The notes beneath the pieces were generated by a model. It saw only the letters and a program-made list of their open reading frames with translations, was not told the origin of the DNA and made no database searches. Made by a program: the position numbers and the translations under genes. Positions 59,873 through 64,000 of a stretch of 64,000 nucleotides of DNA are shown here, one piece after another (the stretch's first letter is position 1; every line of letters starts with the position of its first letter). This stretch comes from Geosiphon pyriformis uo1 (lineage: Eukaryota > Fungi > Glomeromycota), in the NCBI GenBank assembly GCA_016748015.1, contig JAAOMT010000400.1, positions 624,970-688,969 on the forward strand. The letters run 5' to 3'.

Positions 59873-62780
59873 TTATATAAAGAAAAGTTAAAGGACATTT
59901 GAATATTATTAGAAATGAACAAACAGATTTTTTTGCTAATATAGTGGTTTTTTCTAAGTCTGTATTGTCCTTAAGTGTGTCATGTTGCTTCTTTAGTGTT
60001 GAAAACAGGTCTGTTTCTGGAAATACACATCATTTTATTAGAAATTTATTCGATGTTGTCAATTTTGTTAGTTGAGAATCTAAGTGTGTTGTTAGCATTA
60101 TGAATATAAGTGTTGTTAGTGATATTGATATAACCAAGTTCTTCAGTGTTTGGCATTCTAATGACAAGATCTATTTTAGTTACACCAGTTTATTTTCAGC
60201 TTCTTTGCAGTCTTATCTAATAAAGACTTTGTACTATTATCTGCCAATTACTATGAAAAAGAAATTGTATAATACTAAGTATTTTAGCATGGCATACATT
60301 AAGTGTGAAATAGTTGAGGATTTTGATCACTTGTTTTTATGTGCACATAATGACAACACCAGAAAAAATTTATTATCAAACACTAGTGTGAAATAGTATA
60401 AGCTAATTGGTAATTCTACCATAAAAAATATAGTTGTTTAATTTTTGTATAAGGCTGAATTGTCTGGTGATTTGTACATGATATTGGCCAAAAGGTTTGT
60501 CTTGAAAAACTGGATTGCTAATGTTATTTACTGTTTTGGCTCTGTATCTAATAGTGGTTTGGTTATCAAGTTAGTTTGTAATATTGCCAAAAGTTATAGG
60601 TCTAGTGTTTGGTTGTTTGTTGTCAAATTGAGATTTTTTTATGAAAAACAGAATTTTTTACTATGTGATGGATCTGTTGTACTATTGGTTACTGGTTTGT
60701 TATCTTTTTGGTCTGTTAAGGTTATTTACAGCTTTAGTATCAAATTAGATATTCATATGTGCTTTGGTTTGTGTCTTTGTCTATTTGATTTGGGCTTTGG
60801 TTTCTTGAATAGTATTTTTTTAATGAATCTTTTAGATGTATAGTGCTGTTTTGACTGGCCCGAATGACTAGTTATGTATAGAAAAAGCATGAGCCATATT
60901 TAATTTAAAATCTTATTTGATTTTATGTATTTAAATAATGATTAGACTGCACTCATAAAATCTTTAATAAAAAAAAAAATAATACTAAAATTCAAATGTT
61001 TTTTTTATTGTATATAACTTTTGATTAAAATACCAATTTTAAAAATTATGCAGCTAAAAAAATCATTAATTTGGTTTAAAATATATTATAAAAAGCAAAA
61101 ATATTTTTTTAATTACCAAAAATTTTGTTTTTTATTAACAAAACTAATTATAAACAAAAATACTTTTAATGGTCTTAAAAAACTTAAAAAATATTAAAAA
61201 ATATTGTTATAAATCAGCAAATTTTAACTTAATACCAAAACCATTATTAAAACATTAAAAATATTCTAAAAAACTATAATAGCAGAAACAAAAATAAATT
61301 TAAAATTACAAAAAATTTTACAGTCTTAAAAACAATAAAAAATTAACAAACTTAATTTAAACAATAAAATTCAAAAAAACTTAAAATATAAATTTTATAA
61401 AAAAAAGATTAATATTGTTTTTAATAATTATTTATAAATTAAAATATAATTTTAATAGTTTTATTAAGTATTAAAATAAAAACTACTTATTTAAAAAAAA
61501 GTTAATAATTAACAATAATTTTTTATATATTATTAAAATTAACAGTATTTTTTTTTAAAAAAAAGTGGTTTAGTTTTTATTAAATTAAATTAATTTTTAA
61601 GTTTAAGTAATATAATAATTTAATTGGTTAAAATTACATGTAAAAACATAGTTTGGTTTGTTTTTAAAATTAATATAGTTATAATAAAATTAGTAAAACA
61701 TTAAAAAAACAGATTTTAAATTATTTTTAAGTATTTTAAAAAGATTAATAACAATATTTTTAGAAAAAAAAAATTGTTTTTATTTAAGCAGTAATAAAAC
61801 TGTTAAAAAAAGTTATTTTTTCTTATTTTTTGTTTTAATTGTAATTATAAATGCAAAAAAAAAATAATAATTTACTTATAAATTATTTTAAAATACAATT
61901 GTATAAATTTTATAAATAATAAAAATAGTTAAAAATGTCATAAATATTTTAAATTTATCATTAAATATTTTGCAAATAATAATGACTTTTACAACATATT
62001 AAGATATAAAAAATATATAGTTTTGTTTACTTTAAAAAAAAATATTATAAAAGTAGATTGTAAAAGAAGTACAAACAATAAAGCAATTTTAAAAATTGGT
62101 TGTATATTTTAACTTTTAAAAATTTTAATTAAAATCTGATATCCAAAATTGAAAATTTCACTTGACTTAAATAGATCTTTTTTTCATTGAGTTATTTGAA
62201 CTGTTAAATTACATTGTTCACATTTAACATGAAAAATCCCTTATTATTTATGTCTTACTTCAATCATTATGTAGTTGCCAAACAGTCAGAGTTCCCAGTT
62301 TCACGTCTCCAATAATAGGTATTTCTAAATGACGAAATTTGCTAATTCCTTGTTTGTGTTATTTAGATTTTTTTAATTGTTTATTTTCGAATTTCAAATA
62401 AATAACACCCAAAATCTAATCCAGCTGAAAACAATATACTTGATATAATTACTTTGGATATATATTCAAGACTTATTTTGACAATATGATATAGATTTTC
62501 ACAAAAGTGATTTCGCACAGCTACATATAGTCTGAGCAGAAATTTTTACAACCGTTGCAAAAAGAAAATCAAAATCCCTAGAATAATGACATTCGGTATT
62601 ATTCAAATCATAATCCCCTGCATGAAATTGCATTACTGATAATCAAAATTGTCCTAAACTAGTGACAAAGTTGGCTATGGCAGAATATTTCCCACATCGA
62701 GATAGGCTTATAAATAAGTCAGAAATTGGAAGATTAATTTCACAGTTCAACTCCTTAGTTCTTTCTACCATCAAGCTACA

Positions 62781-64000
62781 ATGGCAGATGTAGCTCAACC
62801 CCCTCTCCACCCACTTGATCATAACCATGAACATGACCATGACCACGACCACGACCACAACCACGATCACGACCATGACCATGATCACGACCATGACCAT
62901 GGACATGATCACTCGCATCATGAGCATGGGGTAGTTGGCCACCCCCATTACCACGATCATGACCATCAACATGAAAATGACCGCGGGCGTGAAGAAGTCT
63001 ATGCTCAAGCTTTCGAAAGGCCTGCAAAATCAAGTTATGATTTGCTTGAAACCCGTAACAGAAGGAAAGACACTGAGGATCCTGAAGTTCTTGAGGTTTT
63101 GTATTCTGTTTCTTTGCTTTTCAAGAAAAGTACATTGCTCAACAACTTTAAATTAAACAGTATTTCAAAGCCAAGGCATTATTTGCAAAGGGGTATGAAC
63201 TAGCATCGAAAATACCCGATGAGACAGATGATGAAACTTTGCGGAAATACGAAAAAGACATCTTTGAATCAACAAAATATCTCGTTGAAGCATTTTTAAT
63301 TGATGAAAAAGCGACCGAGATGTCACAGAGGATCATGTCTCTTGCACAACAATACGAGAAACTTCTTAAATTGCAATACGGTGGGGATGAAACTGAAACA
63401 ACTCGGGACTTTGGCAAGGCTTCGACGTTCGAAGAACTGGAAGAAGAAATCAAAGGCGAACAAGAGGAACGGCGAAAAGCTCTCGCCAAGAAAGGGGAGG
63501 AACCTGATACATTGGAGCCTGAATTCACCAGAGAGTAAGCATTTTTTAATTCCCTTTTCATACATAGTTTTTAATTTTGCGGGACCATTCTTAACCTAAA
63601 ATCTGCATTAAAGATCTCTTATATTAGTAATTTGGTTATTGTTTAATGGTAAACAATTCCAATTCTGCATCCAGACTCTTTCTATTGCACTCAATCAGCT
63701 CGAAGCTTCTCTTCACCCGCGACTTTTACATCTTCGAGCATCCTGCTATCTTGCCAATGGGGACTACAAACTTTGTCTTAAAGACCTTGAGAGGCTGGTG
63801 TCTATAAACCCGAATTTCGTCGATGCGTACAGTATTCAAGGTTCCATACATATGCAACAAGACCATCGTGAAGAAGCCATCCTTGCTTTTAAAGCTTACA
63901 TCGAAAGGGCGAATAAAGATTCGATTTCTTACGCGCATGCACTCTATGCATTATCTGTCCTAACAATTCAGAACGCTACCGCCACTGCGACATCCAGTAG
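62781..64000 (+). CDS. Host gene, 3'-partial: His/Asp-repeat N-terminus plus TPR-like repeats; exons 62781-63095, 63161-63534, 63614->64000
   Basis: Introns GTTTTG..ACAG (63096-63160, phase 0) and GTAAGC..TTAAC..AAG (63535-63613, phase 2) join three open frames; exon 3 reads [54 protein letters not shown]; CpG retained. Confidence 0.85.
62817..62980 (+). repeat. Coding hexamer repeat (CAYGAY)n encoding (HD)n
   Basis: [37 protein letters not shown]. Confidence 0.9.

Larger units (their letters stand above)
39687..60977 (+). mobile_element. 5'-truncated LINE (divergent family) split by element F (39687-39891 and 59877-60977)
   Basis: LVKLQTIILVLEC..FTDS..KKNLLV| resumes |I*RKVKGH..RNEQTD; poly-A at 60969; candidate TSD AATAACACTAA (39676-39686) / AATAATACTAA (60978-60988). 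Confidence 0.85.

Noticed and set aside
1-60843. Alternative genetic code (TGA=Trp, e.g. a mollicute endosymbiont)
   Set aside because: Trp positions also show TAG and TAA, and stops replace Arg and Gln codons; all fit C>T/G>A decay, and a spliceosomal-intron gene is present
62643-63156. Met/Val-rich, Gly/His-rich and Thr/Met-rich ORFs (62643-63008, 62776-63033, 62935-63156)
   Set aside because: Antisense or alternate-frame shadows of the (HD)n repeat

Overview
Eukaryotic, AT-rich fungal DNA. The repeat families look to me like those of a Glomeromycotina (Geosiphon-like) genome; this is recognition from memory, not verified. Bases 1 to ~62,150 are almost entirely nested, decayed retroelements. 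There are five Ty3/Gypsy LTR elements, labelled here A (+, 5' end outside the window, ends 11084), B (+, 1384-9004, inside the integrase of A), C (-, 16949-26814, inside a LINE), E (-, 40569-50565, inside the 5' LTR of F) and F (+, 39892-59872, inside another LINE). There are also three recognisable copies of RNase H-containing LINEs, three solo LTRs and hyper-mutated relics. All boundaries were read by eye from LTR pairs, PBS, PPT and target-site duplications. The last 1.2 kb hold the start of a host gene with a His/Asp-repeat N-terminus and TPR-like repeats (two introns predicted). Main result: all five Gypsy families share an unusual three-cistron plan. ORF1 is Gag-PR-[Cys-rich domain]-[dUTPase in C, E, F]-RT-RNase H and ends in a real stop. 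The integrase is a separate out-of-frame ORF with its own start codon behind a C/A-rich spacer. A third soluble ~190-240 aa ORF of unknown function sits in the env position. All insertions have 4-bp TSDs with a central pyrimidine-purine step, and the repeats show an extreme C>T/G>A bias that is not limited to CpG.
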